From positions 1 through 44,256 of the forward strand of contig CAXBQP010000023.1 of the NCBI GenBank assembly GCA_963978095.1: 44,256 nucleotides of DNA, written 5' to 3'. The DNA comes from an uncultured bacterium. Its GTDB lineage: Bacteria; Gemmatimonadota; Gemmatimonadetes; Gemmatimonadales; Gemmatimonadaceae. The translations under genes and the position numbers were made by a program. This document shows, piece after piece, positions 1-8,789 of the stretch; positions within the stretch are counted from its first letter, which is position 1, and the number at the start of each line of letters is the position of its first letter. The notes beneath the pieces were generated by a model. The model saw only the letters and a list, made by a program, of their open reading frames with translations, did no database searches and was not told where the DNA came from.

Positions 1-122
1 GTCGCCGCCGCGCCCGCGAGACCGCCGGCGCGGGCACCGCTGCCCATCGGCGACCCACCGCCGCTCACCGGGACCGTCCGGCACGCGACCACCACGAGGA
101 GCACCAAGGCGACTCGCTTCAC
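1..122 (-). CDS. Partial (5' end only) putative lipoprotein running off the window edge
   Basis: Manual translation from GTG at 122 gives MKRVALVLLVVVAC-RTVPVSGGG..., with a basic N-terminus, hydrophobic stretch and lipobox-like Cys. GGAG SD lies just upstream (129-132). Confidence 0.6.
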   Translation of the reverse strand, partial: MKRVALVLLVVVACRTVPVSGGGSPMGSGARAGGLAGAAA

Positions 123-253
123 GCGCGACTCCGTTTCGAGAGGGATACCGGAAGCTAAGCGGGGCACGTGAATGCCAGCAAGCGCGTTGGGTTGCTAACT
201 TTCGTGCAGGGGCCGCGCTCCGGCCTTCGACCTCCCCCCGCTCCCTTCCGCCG

Positions 254-976
254 ATGCTGCACCTTCGTCTCTGCATCAACGTCGACCATGTCGCCACCGT
301 GCGGCAGGCACGACACACCGATGAACCCGATCCGGTCGCGGCGGCCCTGCGCTGCGAGGAAGCCGGCGCCGACGGCATCACGGCGCACCTGCGCGAGGAC
401 CGGCGGCACATGCAGGACGCCGACATCGAACAGCTGGCCCTGCGGTGCCGCACGCCGTTCAACCTCGAGATGGCGTGCACGGACGAGATGCTCGCGATCG
501 CCGAGCGGGTCCGCCCCGCGCAGGTGACGCTCGTGCCGGAGAAACGCGCGGAGATCACCACGGAAGGTGGTCTCGACGTCACGAAAGCCAGCGACCTGTT
601 GCAACCTGCGATCGCGCGGCTCACCGCCGCGGGAATCCGCACCGCGCTCTTCATCGACCCCGTCCCCATGATCATCGAGCGGGCCGCCTGGCTCGGCGCG
701 CACGCGATCGAACTGCACACCGGCACCTTCGCGCACCACCCGCAGGACGTGCGGCCGCTGGCGGCGCTGCAGGCCGGGGCGCGCCAGGCCGCCGCGCTCG
801 GACTCAAGGTGCACGCGGGTCACGGGCTCACCGTGCGCAATGTCGCGCCGATCGCGGCGATCCCAGAGATCGAGGAGCTCAACATCGGCCACTCGATCGT
901 CAGCATGGCCGTGTTCACGGGCATCGCGCAGGCCGTCCGCGACATGCGCCAGGTGATGGATGCCGCCCGTCGCTGA
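254..976 (+). CDS. pdxJ: Pyridoxine 5'-phosphate synthase
   Basis: NVDHVATVRQAR, GADGITAHLREDRRH, IELHTG, HAGHGL and ELNIGHSIVS motifs; 240 aa. Confidence 0.97.
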   Translation: MLHLRLCINVDHVATVRQARHTDEPDPVAAALRCEEAGADGITAHLREDRRHMQDADIEQLALRCRTPFNLEMACTDEMLAIAERVRPAQVTLVPEKRAEITTEGGLDVTKASDLLQPAIARLTAAGIRTALFIDPVPMIIERAAWLGAHAIELHTGTFAHHPQDVRPLAALQAGARQAAALGLKVHAGHGLTVRNVAPIAAIPEIEELNIGHSIVSMAVFTGIAQAVRDMRQVMDAARR

Positions 977-1051
977 CCGGTTGCGCCCGGCGGGGGGTAT
1001 GCGTTCTCTTGGGCGGTGGGCACGACGCCCCGACCTCCAACAGGAAATCGC

Positions 1052-1327
1052 ATGAGCACCGACGCCCCGATGCCCTCCGGACATGACCTGAACGCGCTGC
1101 TGGGGGCGGGGATCCAGCGACTCTCGACCATGGCTCCCGCGCTCGAGGCGCTCGACGAGCCGCTGGTCCCGATCGCGTCGCTGCTCTACCGGGGTGATGC
1201 CGCCCTCGCGCGCGCCATCACCCTCGTCGATCAACTGGCGGCCCGCGGTAGCGCGCCCGATCGCGAGCGCCTCGACGAGCGCCTCGACGAGATTCGCGAC
1301 CTGTTGCGTCTCGCCACGTCGGAGTAG
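1052..1327 (+). CDS. Small hypothetical helical protein
   Basis: ATG at 1052 follows AGGA SD. The ORF fills the gap and stops 3 nt before the next gene. Confidence 0.6.
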   Translation: MSTDAPMPSGHDLNALLGAGIQRLSTMAPALEALDEPLVPIASLLYRGDAALARAITLVDQLAARGSAPDRERLDERLDEIRDLLRLATSE

Positions 1328-1330
1328 CGC

Positions 1331-2341
1331 GTGAAACTCGATTGGCGCGGCGCGCTGGGGATTGCACTCAGCGCCGGAGCACTCTGGTGGACCCTGCACG
1401 ACGTCGACCTGGCGAAGGTCTGGCGCGTGCTCTCGAGCTCGAACCTCGCGCTGTGGATCGCCTGCACGACCGCCGCGACGGCGATCTTCCCGCTGCGCGC
1501 GCGCCGGTGGGCGGCGCTGCTCGAACCCGTGGCGGGCCGACTTCCCTTCTCCCCCCTGTGGCAAGCCACGGCCGTGGGGATGATGATGAACAACGTGGCG
1601 CCCGGACGGGCCGGCGAGTTCGCGCGCCCCTTCGTGCTGTCACGCTCCGAGCCGACGGTCAAGTTCACCGCCGCCTTCGCTTCCCTCGCGGTGGATCGGC
1701 TGTTCGATGGCGTGATCGTCCTGTTGCTGATGATCGTCGCCACGCTCGATCCGCGCTTCCCCCACGATTCACCGGCCGCCGCAGGCGTCGCCCAGTCGAT
1801 GCGCTATGCGGCGCTCTTCCTCGCCGCCGTGCTCGTGGTGCTGACGACCATGGTCTTTGCACCAGGCACGCTGTTCGCGACCTACGACGCGACCGCCGGC
1901 CGTTTCGCGCCGACCCTCGCCGCCAGGATTCGGCCACTCCTCCAAGGATTCGCCTCCGGACTCGGCGTGCTGCGCCGCCCGAGACTGGTGATCGAAGTCT
2001 TCGTTTGGGCACTGCTCCACTGGCTCTGCAATGCCGCGGCCTTCTGGCTCGGATTCCGCGCGCTCGGCATCGAGGCACCGCTCACCGCCGCGCTCTTTCT
2101 GCAGGGGATCATCGCCATCGGCGTCGCGATCCCGTCGTCGCCGGGCTTCTTCGGCTTCTTCGAGGCCGCCGCCAAAGTGGGACTCGGCCTCTACGGGGTG
2201 AGCGAGACGCAGGCCGTAAGCTTCGGGCTCGGCTTTCACATTCTCTCCTACATTCCGATCACCGTGATCGGCGCCTGGTACCTCACGCGCTTGAATCTGC
2301 GCCTGTCCGACTTCAGTGGCGGCGGAGCCACGGCGACGTGA
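1331..2341 (+). CDS. Lysylphosphatidylglycerol synthase TM / flippase-like (UPF0104) membrane protein
   Basis: Multi-TM protein with LRARRW, NNVAPGRAGEFAR, VDRLFD and PSSPGFFGFFE motifs typical of this family. Confidence 0.88.
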   Translation: MKLDWRGALGIALSAGALWWTLHDVDLAKVWRVLSSSNLALWIACTTAATAIFPLRARRWAALLEPVAGRLPFSPLWQATAVGMMMNNVAPGRAGEFARPFVLSRSEPTVKFTAAFASLAVDRLFDGVIVLLLMIVATLDPRFPHDSPAAAGVAQSMRYAALFLAAVLVVLTTMVFAPGTLFATYDATAGRFAPTLAARIRPLLQGFASGLGVLRRPRLVIEVFVWALLHWLCNAAAFWLGFRALGIEAPLTAALFLQGIIAIGVAIPSSPGFFGFFEAAAKVGLGLYGVSETQAVSFGLGFHILSYIPITVIGAWYLTRLNLRLSDFSGGGATAT

Positions 2342-3222
2342 GCGCGCGAGCACCCGCAGCGCGCGTCGCGGCTGAGGCCAAGCTGAACCTTTCGCTCCGC
2401 ATCACGGGGCGCATGGCCAACGGCTACCACGCCCTGCACACGCTGTTCCAGCGTGTGGCGCTGGCGGACATCGTCACGGTCCGCGTCGACACGCCGCACC
2501 GGAGCCTCGTCTGCGATGCGCCCGCCATCGGGCCCGTCGAGCACAACCTCGGGTGGCGCGCAGCGGCAGCGTTTTGTCAGGCAGCGGCGTGGGACACGGG
2601 CTTCGCGATCACGCTCGAGAAGCACATTCCGATCGGGGGTGGCATGGGGGGCGGCAGTGCCGATGCGGCAGCGGTCCTGCGCGCGCTCAACGCGCTCGCG
2701 CCCGCCCCGCTCGCGCCGAGCGCCCTGATGGCGATCGGCAGCCAACTCGGCGCCGATGTCCCCTTTCTACTGCTGACGCACGCCACCGCCGTCGGCACCG
2801 GGACCGGCGCCGAGCTCACGCCGATCGTCGCCCCGCCGTCGCGGGCGGTCGTGCTCGAGCTTCCCGGGTTCGCAGTGTCCAGCAAGGACGCCTTCGGCTG
2901 GTTTGCCCAGGACCGGGGTGAACGCCCTTACACGGCCGAGCCCGCGCCGCTCCCCGCGTCAGCGAGCTGGGACGAGATCCGCGGTGCCGCCCAGAACGAT
3001 CTCGAGCCTCCGGTCTTCCGACGCCATCCGTCGCTCGAAGAGCGCCGTGCCGCGTTGGCACAGGCCGGCGCCGGGATCGCGCGCATGACCGGCTCCGGAT
3101 CGACCGTCTTCGGGGTGTTCGACTCGCCCGACGAGGCCGCACGTGCCGTCCAGGCCGCCCCCACGTCACGATTTCTCACGAAAACCGTGGAACACGTGGC
3201 ACCAATCGAGGTGATCGCCTAA
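2338..3222 (+). CDS. ispE: 4-diphosphocytidyl-2-C-methyl-D-erythritol kinase
   Basis: AKLNLSLRI, GYHALHTLFQ, KHIPIGGGMGGGSADAAA, GADVPF and MTGSGSTVFG motifs. GTG start overlaps the upstream stop (GTGA); this is the C-terminal part of ORF 1342..3222. Confidence 0.95.
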   Translation: MSARAPAARVAAEAKLNLSLRITGRMANGYHALHTLFQRVALADIVTVRVDTPHRSLVCDAPAIGPVEHNLGWRAAAAFCQAAAWDTGFAITLEKHIPIGGGMGGGSADAAAVLRALNALAPAPLAPSALMAIGSQLGADVPFLLLTHATAVGTGTGAELTPIVAPPSRAVVLELPGFAVSSKDAFGWFAQDRGERPYTAEPAPLPASASWDEIRGAAQNDLEPPVFRRHPSLEERRAALAQAGAGIARMTGSGSTVFGVFDSPDEAARAVQAAPTSRFLTKTVEHVAPIEVIA

Positions 3223-3243
3223 GTTTGTAGGTCTGTCACACAA

Positions 3244-3314
3244 TGCCCTCTCGTCCAATGGCAGGACAGCGGCCTTTGGAGCCGCGAATGGTGGTTCGAA
3301 TCCACCGGGGGCAA
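3244..3314 (+). tRNA. tRNA-Gln (anticodon TTG); CCA not encoded
   Basis: Acceptor TGCCCTC/GGGGGCA, anticodon arm GCGGC-CTTTGGA-GCCGC, T arm GGTGG-TTCGAAT-CCACC; conserved ispE-tRNA-Gln-prs context. Confidence 0.96.
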
Positions 3315-3348
3315 TGGCGCGTGCAGGTCCGCGGGAAGCCTCCCGGCG

Positions 3349-3377
3349 TTGACCGGGGGACGAAAAACTTCTAGCTT
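3349..3377 (+). promoter_or_regulatory. Putative sigma70 promoter for prs
   Basis: TTGACC-N17-TAGCTT upstream of ATG 3396. Confidence 0.6.
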
Positions 3378-3395
3378 TCAAGGCTACGGCAAATC

Positions 3396-4349
3396 ATGGA
3401 CGGCTTGTCGGTACCGATGCATGGGTTTCGGGTCCTGACCGGGACCGGGAACCGGGCGCTCGCGGAATCCATTGCGGGCAGCTTGGGTGTGGAGCTCTGC
3501 AAGTGCACCGTCAATCGCTTTGCCGATGGTGAGGTGTTCGTCCGCATCGACGAGAACATCCGGGGTGCGGATGTTTTCATTGTGCAACCGACGAACCCGC
3601 CCGCCGAGAACATGCTGGAGCTTCTGCTCCTCGTGGACGCGGTGCGACGGGCCTCGGCGGCCAGAATCACGGTGGTACTGCCCTACTACGGCTATGCGCG
3701 CCAGGACCGCAAGGACCAGCCGCGCGTGGCCATCGGCGCCAAGCTTATGGCGAACATGATCATGAGCGCCGGGGCGGATCGGGTCCTCGGACTCGATTTC
3801 CATCAGCATCAGTTGCAAGGGTTCTTCGACATCCCGGTGGACCATCTGTATGCAGCCCCGGTCTTCACCGCGCACTATCGCAAGAAGAATCTGACGAATC
3901 TGGTGGTGGTCGCACCCGACGTCGGCAGTGCCAAGATGGCCCGCGGTTTCGCCAAGCGTCTCAACGGCAGCCTCGCGATCATCGACAAGCGTCGCCCGAC
4001 GGCAAACGTGGCTGAAGTCGTGAACGTGGTAGGTGAGGTCGAGGGGATGGACGTGCTGATCCCCGACGACATGATCGATACAGCGGGCACCGTGAGCGAA
4101 GCGGCGCGCGCCTTGAAGAAGTTGGGAGCCAAGGACATCTACGTCTGCGCGACGCACGCGTTGCTGTCCGGTCCGGCGAAGCAGCGGTTGTCCGATGCCC
4201 CGATCACGGAAGTGGCGGTCACGAACAGCATCTACATCCCGGAGGAACGGCAATTCTCCACCTTGAAGATCCTTTCGGTCGGCGAATTGCTGGCCAAAGC
4301 GATCCGCTTCACCCACGCTGATCAGAGCGTGAGCAGTCTGTTCGAGTAG
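3396..4349 (+). CDS. prs: Ribose-phosphate pyrophosphokinase
   Basis: FADGE, PYYGYARQDRK, VVAPDVG and DDMIDTAGT motifs. Confidence 0.98.
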   Translation: MDGLSVPMHGFRVLTGTGNRALAESIAGSLGVELCKCTVNRFADGEVFVRIDENIRGADVFIVQPTNPPAENMLELLLLVDAVRRASAARITVVLPYYGYARQDRKDQPRVAIGAKLMANMIMSAGADRVLGLDFHQHQLQGFFDIPVDHLYAAPVFTAHYRKKNLTNLVVVAPDVGSAKMARGFAKRLNGSLAIIDKRRPTANVAEVVNVVGEVEGMDVLIPDDMIDTAGTVSEAARALKKLGAKDIYVCATHALLSGPAKQRLSDAPITEVAVTNSIYIPEERQFSTLKILSVGELLAKAIRFTHADQSVSSLFE

Positions 4350-4363
4350 TCGGCACCACCCGT

Positions 4364-4393
4364 ACCACCGCAGGACCGCACCACCGCAGGACC
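4364..4393 (+). repeat. 14-nt direct repeat (ACCACCGCAGGACC x2, period 16) in the prs-rplY intergenic region
   Basis: Copies at 4364-4377 and 4380-4393. Confidence 0.8.
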
Positions 4394-4487
4394 TTTGGAG
4401 CTCCCGTGCGACGCCGGGCCGGCCTTTGACCGGGCACCCCCGTAGCGCACACTCCCTCTCTCACGTTTTCGCAGGATTCGGTTCCGG

Positions 4488-5150
4488 ATGGCTTCAACGA
4501 CTGTCAGCGCCAAGTTCCGCACCTCCACCGGCAAGGGTGCCGCCCGCAAGCTTCGTGCGGCTGGTGAGATCCCCGCCGTCATCTACGGCCACGGCCGTGA
4601 GCCGCAGGCGCTCACGCTGCACAACCACACCTTCGAACGTCTCCTCGAGAAGGTCGCCTACAAGACGACCGTGTTCGAGCTCACCTTCGACAACGGTACC
4701 ACCGCCAAGACCCTGATCCGCGAGATCCAGCGCCATTCCTTCAAGCGCTTCATCCAGCATGTGGACTTCCAGGAACTGGTGGCCGGCGAGAAGGTGACCA
4801 TGAAGGTCCCGCTGATCTTCGTGGGAACCGCCACGGGCGTCCGCGAGGGCGGCGGCATCCTCGAAGAAGTGATGCGCGAGGTCATGATCGCCTGCGACCC
4901 GTCGAACATTCCGAACCACCTCGAGATGAACGTCGCGAACCTCGCCGTCGGGCACTCGTACCACGTGCGCGACATCCCGATCCCGGCCGGCGTGGAGGTC
5001 GTCACCGATGGCGACGAGACGATCTGCCTGGTCGCGATCCCGAAGACCTCGGCCGAGCCCTCGGCCGCCGAAGCCGCTGCCGCCGCCGAGCCGGAGCTGA
5101 TCCGCAAGGCCAAGGCAGACGAGGACGCGGCTGCCGCGGAGAAGAAGTAA
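4488..5150 (+). CDS. rplY: 50S ribosomal protein L25/Ctc (long form)
   Basis: GKGAARKLRAAGEIPAVIYG and HVDFQ motifs, plus a C-terminal Ctc beta domain. Confidence 0.97.
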   Translation: MASTTVSAKFRTSTGKGAARKLRAAGEIPAVIYGHGREPQALTLHNHTFERLLEKVAYKTTVFELTFDNGTTAKTLIREIQRHSFKRFIQHVDFQELVAGEKVTMKVPLIFVGTATGVREGGGILEEVMREVMIACDPSNIPNHLEMNVANLAVGHSYHVRDIPIPAGVEVVTDGDETICLVAIPKTSAEPSAAEAAAAAEPELIRKAKADEDAAAAEKK

Positions 5151-5191
5151 TCTCCCGTGCGCTGCGCGCTGCCTCACGCGCTGCCTGAGCG

Positions 5192-5785
5192 GTGAAGGTC
5201 ATCGTCGGCCTCGGGAACCCGGGGCGCGAATATGCCGACACCCGGCACAACGTCGGCTGGTGGGTCATCGACCTGCTAGCCGACGTTTGGCGTTTCGACG
5301 GCTGGAAGAAGGACGGCCACGCCCTCGTGTCGAATGGCGTGGTCGGCAACATCAAGGTGCGGCTCGTCAAGCCGCAGACGTACATGAACCTGAGCGGCGA
5401 GGCGTTGCACCACTACCGGCGCCGCCCCTTCTGGTCGGCCAGCAGCGACCTGCTCGTCGTCGTCGACGAGGTCGCCCTGCCGGTGGGCCGTTTCCGCTTC
5501 CGCGCCAAAGGGTCCGCCGGCGGCCATAACGGGCTCAAGAGCATCGAACAGCACTTGCACACCCAGGAGTACGGACGCTTGCGCATCGGCGTCGCGCCGG
5601 CAGAGCCGGAGCGACAGATCGGCGTGCTGCGAGACTACGTGCTCGGCACGTTCGGAAAGATCGAGGCCGCGGAGATCCGGGCGCTGTTCCCGACGCTGGT
5701 CACCGCGATCGAGCTGTGGCTCCACGAGGGGATGGCGGTCACCATGAATCGATTCCCGGGGAAGGCGACGGACGGCTCGCCGTGA
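5192..5785 (+). CDS. pth: Peptidyl-tRNA hydrolase
   Basis: VGLGNPG, TRHNVG, KPQTYMNLSG and GGHNGLKSI motifs. Confidence 0.98.
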   Translation: MKVIVGLGNPGREYADTRHNVGWWVIDLLADVWRFDGWKKDGHALVSNGVVGNIKVRLVKPQTYMNLSGEALHHYRRRPFWSASSDLLVVVDEVALPVGRFRFRAKGSAGGHNGLKSIEQHLHTQEYGRLRIGVAPAEPERQIGVLRDYVLGTFGKIEAAEIRALFPTLVTAIELWLHEGMAVTMNRFPGKATDGSP

Positions 5786-7623
5786 GCGCGGCGCCGCTCC
5801 CGATGCGCATGCGCGGACCGGGCGGACTCTTGCGTGTTCCTCCGGAAGCCTCGTGGATGTCTCCGCTGCAGCGTGCGCACCGGAACGCGCTCGAGGCATC
5901 CAATGCCGCACGGGAGCTCACATTTCGCGCGGCGATCGATCGCTCGATGGCCGAGATCGCGGCCGATCCGTCCGCCGTCGCGCCGTATCGTCGTCTCGCG
6001 CGTCAGCTGCGGGACACCGGCCAAGCGGATGAGGCGCTCGACGTGCTCCGCCAGGGGATGCGCGATGCCGTGGTCGACGCTGCGTTCGTGCGTCGCGTCG
6101 CCGTCGATCTGCTCGATGCCGGCCATGGCGAGGAGGCGTTGGCGGTGCTCGACGCCACCGCGCCGCGCTTCCCGCTCGATGCCGAGCTGGTGCTGCTGCG
6201 TCGACTGGCCTTTCCGTCGGTCTTCCGCGATTCTGGGGAACCCGCGCGTTGGCGCGAGCGCTTGTCGCGCGGACTCGCCTCGCTGTCGCTGGACGACCCA
6301 GAGCTGGCCGCACTTCCGCACGCGGCGTTGATCGACGCGACGCTTCGCTTCAACCCCTACTACGTCGACTATCTCGGCGATGTGTCGCGTGATCTGCATG
6401 ACGCGTGGGGCGACTGGCTCGCGCGCCTGCTCTCGGCCTCCGCATCCACGGGCGCCGCACCAATGGAGGGTGCCACACCCGCGCCACGCGCCGCGGACAG
6501 CCGCATCCGGATCGGCATCGTCGGCGACACGTTGCGCGCGCACGTCGTCAGTGAGTTGTTCGTCGGCTGGGCGACTGCCCTGGACCGCACCCGGTTCGAC
6601 CTCCGCTGCTATGCGTTGCACACCGAAAGCGACCGGATGTCGCAGGCCTTCGAGGCCGCCTCCAGCCGCTTCGTGCAGTCGCCCGACACGGCCGTACTCC
6701 GCGCGGCGATCGTGGAGGATCAGCCGCGAGTGCTCCTGTACCTCGCCGTCGGGATGTCGTCGGCCGTCCTCGAACTCGCCGCGCAGCGCCTCGCCCCCGT
6801 GCAATGCGCGGCGTGGGGACACCCACGCACGACGGGACTGCCGACGATCGACTATTTCCTCGGCAGCGACGCGATGGAACCGCCCGGGGCCGCCGCGCAC
6901 TATCGCGAACGCCTCGTACGCCTCCCGGGGCTCGGTACGACGTTCCGGCTCCCGGATGCACTGCGGCCACTGCACATCAATCGGCGGGCGGACTTCGGGC
7001 TGTGCGATGATGACGTCGTGCTGCTGTGCGCGCAGAACGTCAGCAAGTTCCTGCCCTCCTTTGACACCGTGCTGATCGACATCGCACGACGCGTCCCGGC
7101 GAGCCGATTCGTGTTCGCCGTCGGTCATCAGCGCGGCGGCACCGTCCTGCGGCAACGCATCGCCCGGGCGTTCGAGCACGCGGGACTCGACTGGAGCCGT
7201 CACGAAGTCGCGCTCCCGGAACTCACCCCGCTCGAGTTCGACAACTTGGTGTGCGTCGCCGACGCCCTCCTCGACCCCGACGGCTGGTCGGCGGGCTACA
7301 CCGCCGTCAATGCGGTGGCCTTCGGCCTTCCCATCGTCTGTCGGCCAGGGGCGGTCGCCCGCACGCGCCAGAGCGCGGCGATCTTGACCCTGCTCGGCGA
7401 GACCCGAACGATCGCCGCGTCCGCATCCGCCTACGTCGAGATCGTCGAACGGATCGCGCACGACACCGCGTTCGTCGCCTCGGTGCGCGCGTCCCTGACC
7501 GCTCCTGAGAGGCGGGAACGTCTCGCGAGCGACCCCCGGGCGCAGGCGGCGCTGCAGGCGTTCCTCGAGTCCGCCGTCTCCCGCGTCACGGCCGATGCCG
7601 ACGCCTGCGCGCCCGCCGTTTAG
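5782..7623 (+). CDS. TPR + GT41 (O-GlcNAc transferase/SPINDLY/HMW1C-like) glycosyltransferase
   Basis: Short TPR-like N-terminus; RIRIGIVGDTLRAHVV, RLAPVQCAAWGHPRTTGLPTIDYFL, QNVSKF and ADALLDP...TAVNAVAFGLPIV motifs. The GTG at 5782 overlaps the pth stop; exact start uncertain. Confidence 0.85.
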   Translation: MSAAPLPMRMRGPGGLLRVPPEASWMSPLQRAHRNALEASNAARELTFRAAIDRSMAEIAADPSAVAPYRRLARQLRDTGQADEALDVLRQGMRDAVVDAAFVRRVAVDLLDAGHGEEALAVLDATAPRFPLDAELVLLRRLAFPSVFRDSGEPARWRERLSRGLASLSLDDPELAALPHAALIDATLRFNPYYVDYLGDVSRDLHDAWGDWLARLLSASASTGAAPMEGATPAPRAADSRIRIGIVGDTLRAHVVSELFVGWATALDRTRFDLRCYALHTESDRMSQAFEAASSRFVQSPDTAVLRAAIVEDQPRVLLYLAVGMSSAVLELAAQRLAPVQCAAWGHPRTTGLPTIDYFLGSDAMEPPGAAAHYRERLVRLPGLGTTFRLPDALRPLHINRRADFGLCDDDVVLLCAQNVSKFLPSFDTVLIDIARRVPASRFVFAVGHQRGGTVLRQRIARAFEHAGLDWSRHEVALPELTPLEFDNLVCVADALLDPDGWSAGYTAVNAVAFGLPIVCRPGAVARTRQSAAILTLLGETRTIAASASAYVEIVERIAHDTAFVASVRASLTAPERRERLASDPRAQAALQAFLESAVSRVTADADACAPAV

Positions 7624-7688
7624 ATTTCCCAGGTTGCCCCTGCGTCCTCTCCGCGGCTCGACCCGCTTCACCTCCTGATCCCCACGCA

Positions 7689-8789
7689 ATGCTGAAGCTC
7701 GGCATCGTCGGTCTGCCGAATGTCGGCAAGTCCACGCTGTTCAACGCCCTCACGGCTGCCAAAGCCGATGCGGCGAACTATCCGTTCTGCACCGTCGAGC
7801 CGAACGTCGGCATGGTCAACGTCCCGGATCCGCGCCTCGACCGACTGGCCGAGATCGTGCATCCGGAGCGCACGCTGCCGGCGGCGGTCCAGTTCGTCGA
7901 CATCGCCGGTTTGGTGAAAGGCGCGGCGGAAGGCGAAGGACTCGGCAACAAGTTCCTGGCCAACATCCGCGAGTGCGACGCCATCGTGCATGTCGTCCGC
8001 TGCTTCGATGACCCGGATGTCACGCACGTGATGGGTGGCGTGGACCCGGTGCGCGACCGCGAAGTCATCGAGTTCGAACTGGCCCTCGCTGACCTCGGAG
8101 CGGTCGAGAAGCGTCTCGACAAATCGAAGCGCGCGGCGCGTACCGGTGACAAAGACGCCGCCAGTGAACTGCCGACGCTCGAAAAAGCGCACGCGGCACT
8201 CGCCGAGGGCAAAGCGCTGTGGCATGTCACGCTCTCCGCCGAGGACACGGCATTGTTGCGTCCGCTGCAGTTGCTCACGGTGAAGCCGGTGCTGTATGCC
8301 GCGAATGTCACCGACGCCGAACTGGCCGGGGACGAAGGCACATATCTGACCGCGCTGCGCGCCGCGATCGCGGGATCGAACGAACAGGCCGAGGTGGTGC
8401 CGTTCTCCGCGCGCATCGAGGCCGAGCTCGCGGAGCTCGCACCCGAGGACCGCGCCGACTTCCTGGCGTCCATCGGCCTGGAGTCTGCCGGGCTCGATCG
8501 ACTCATTCGCGCTGGCTACCACCTGCTCGGGCTGCAGACGTATTTCACGGCGGGGGAGAAGGAAGTGCGCGCGTGGACGATCCATCGCGGGGACACCGGT
8601 CCGAAGGCGGCCGGTGTGATCCATACTGACTTCGAGCGTGGATTCATCCGCGCGGAGACCGTGTCGTACGCCGACTTCGTGACGCACGATGGGTGGAAAG
8701 GCGCGCGCGAGAAGGGAGCGGTGCGGTCGGAGGGCAAGGAGTACGTCGTGCAGGACGGAGACGTCCTGCTGTTCCGCTTCAACGTCTGA
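7689..8789 (+). CDS. ychF: Redox-regulated ATPase YchF
   Basis: GIVGLPNVGKST, ANYPFCTVEPN, DIAGLVKGA, FLANIRE and a C-terminal TGS domain. Confidence 0.98.
   Translation: MLKLGIVGLPNVGKSTLFNALTAAKADAANYPFCTVEPNVGMVNVPDPRLDRLAEIVHPERTLPAAVQFVDIAGLVKGAAEGEGLGNKFLANIRECDAIVHVVRCFDDPDVTHVMGGVDPVRDREVIEFELALADLGAVEKRLDKSKRAARTGDKDAASELPTLEKAHAALAEGKALWHVTLSAEDTALLRPLQLLTVKPVLYAANVTDAELAGDEGTYLTALRAAIAGSNEQAEVVPFSARIEAELAELAPEDRADFLASIGLESAGLDRLIRAGYHLLGLQTYFTAGEKEVRAWTIHRGDTGPKAAGVIHTDFERGFIRAETVSYADFVTHDGWKGAREKGAVRSEGKEYVVQDGDVLLFRFNV

Noticed and set aside
155..1564. 469-aa minus-strand ORF, and similar long antisense ORFs (5635..7689, 19102..21486, 27062..28948, 31423..33330)
   Set aside because: These are shadow ORFs opposite well-supported genes, expected in high-GC DNA, with no recognisable motifs
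1342..2337. Apparent long N-terminal extension or fusion on IspE (626-aa ORF)
   Set aside because: It overlaps the flippase-like gene in another frame and is Arg-rich noise; IspE homology begins at GTG 2338
3244..3314. tRNA-Gln as the integration site for the accessory genes
   Set aside because: No integrase was seen, no duplicated tRNA 3' end was noticed, and the flanking ispE-prs synteny is intact
4364..4393. Possible mini-CRISPR
   Set aside because: Only two 14-nt copies with a 2-nt spacer, and no cas genes
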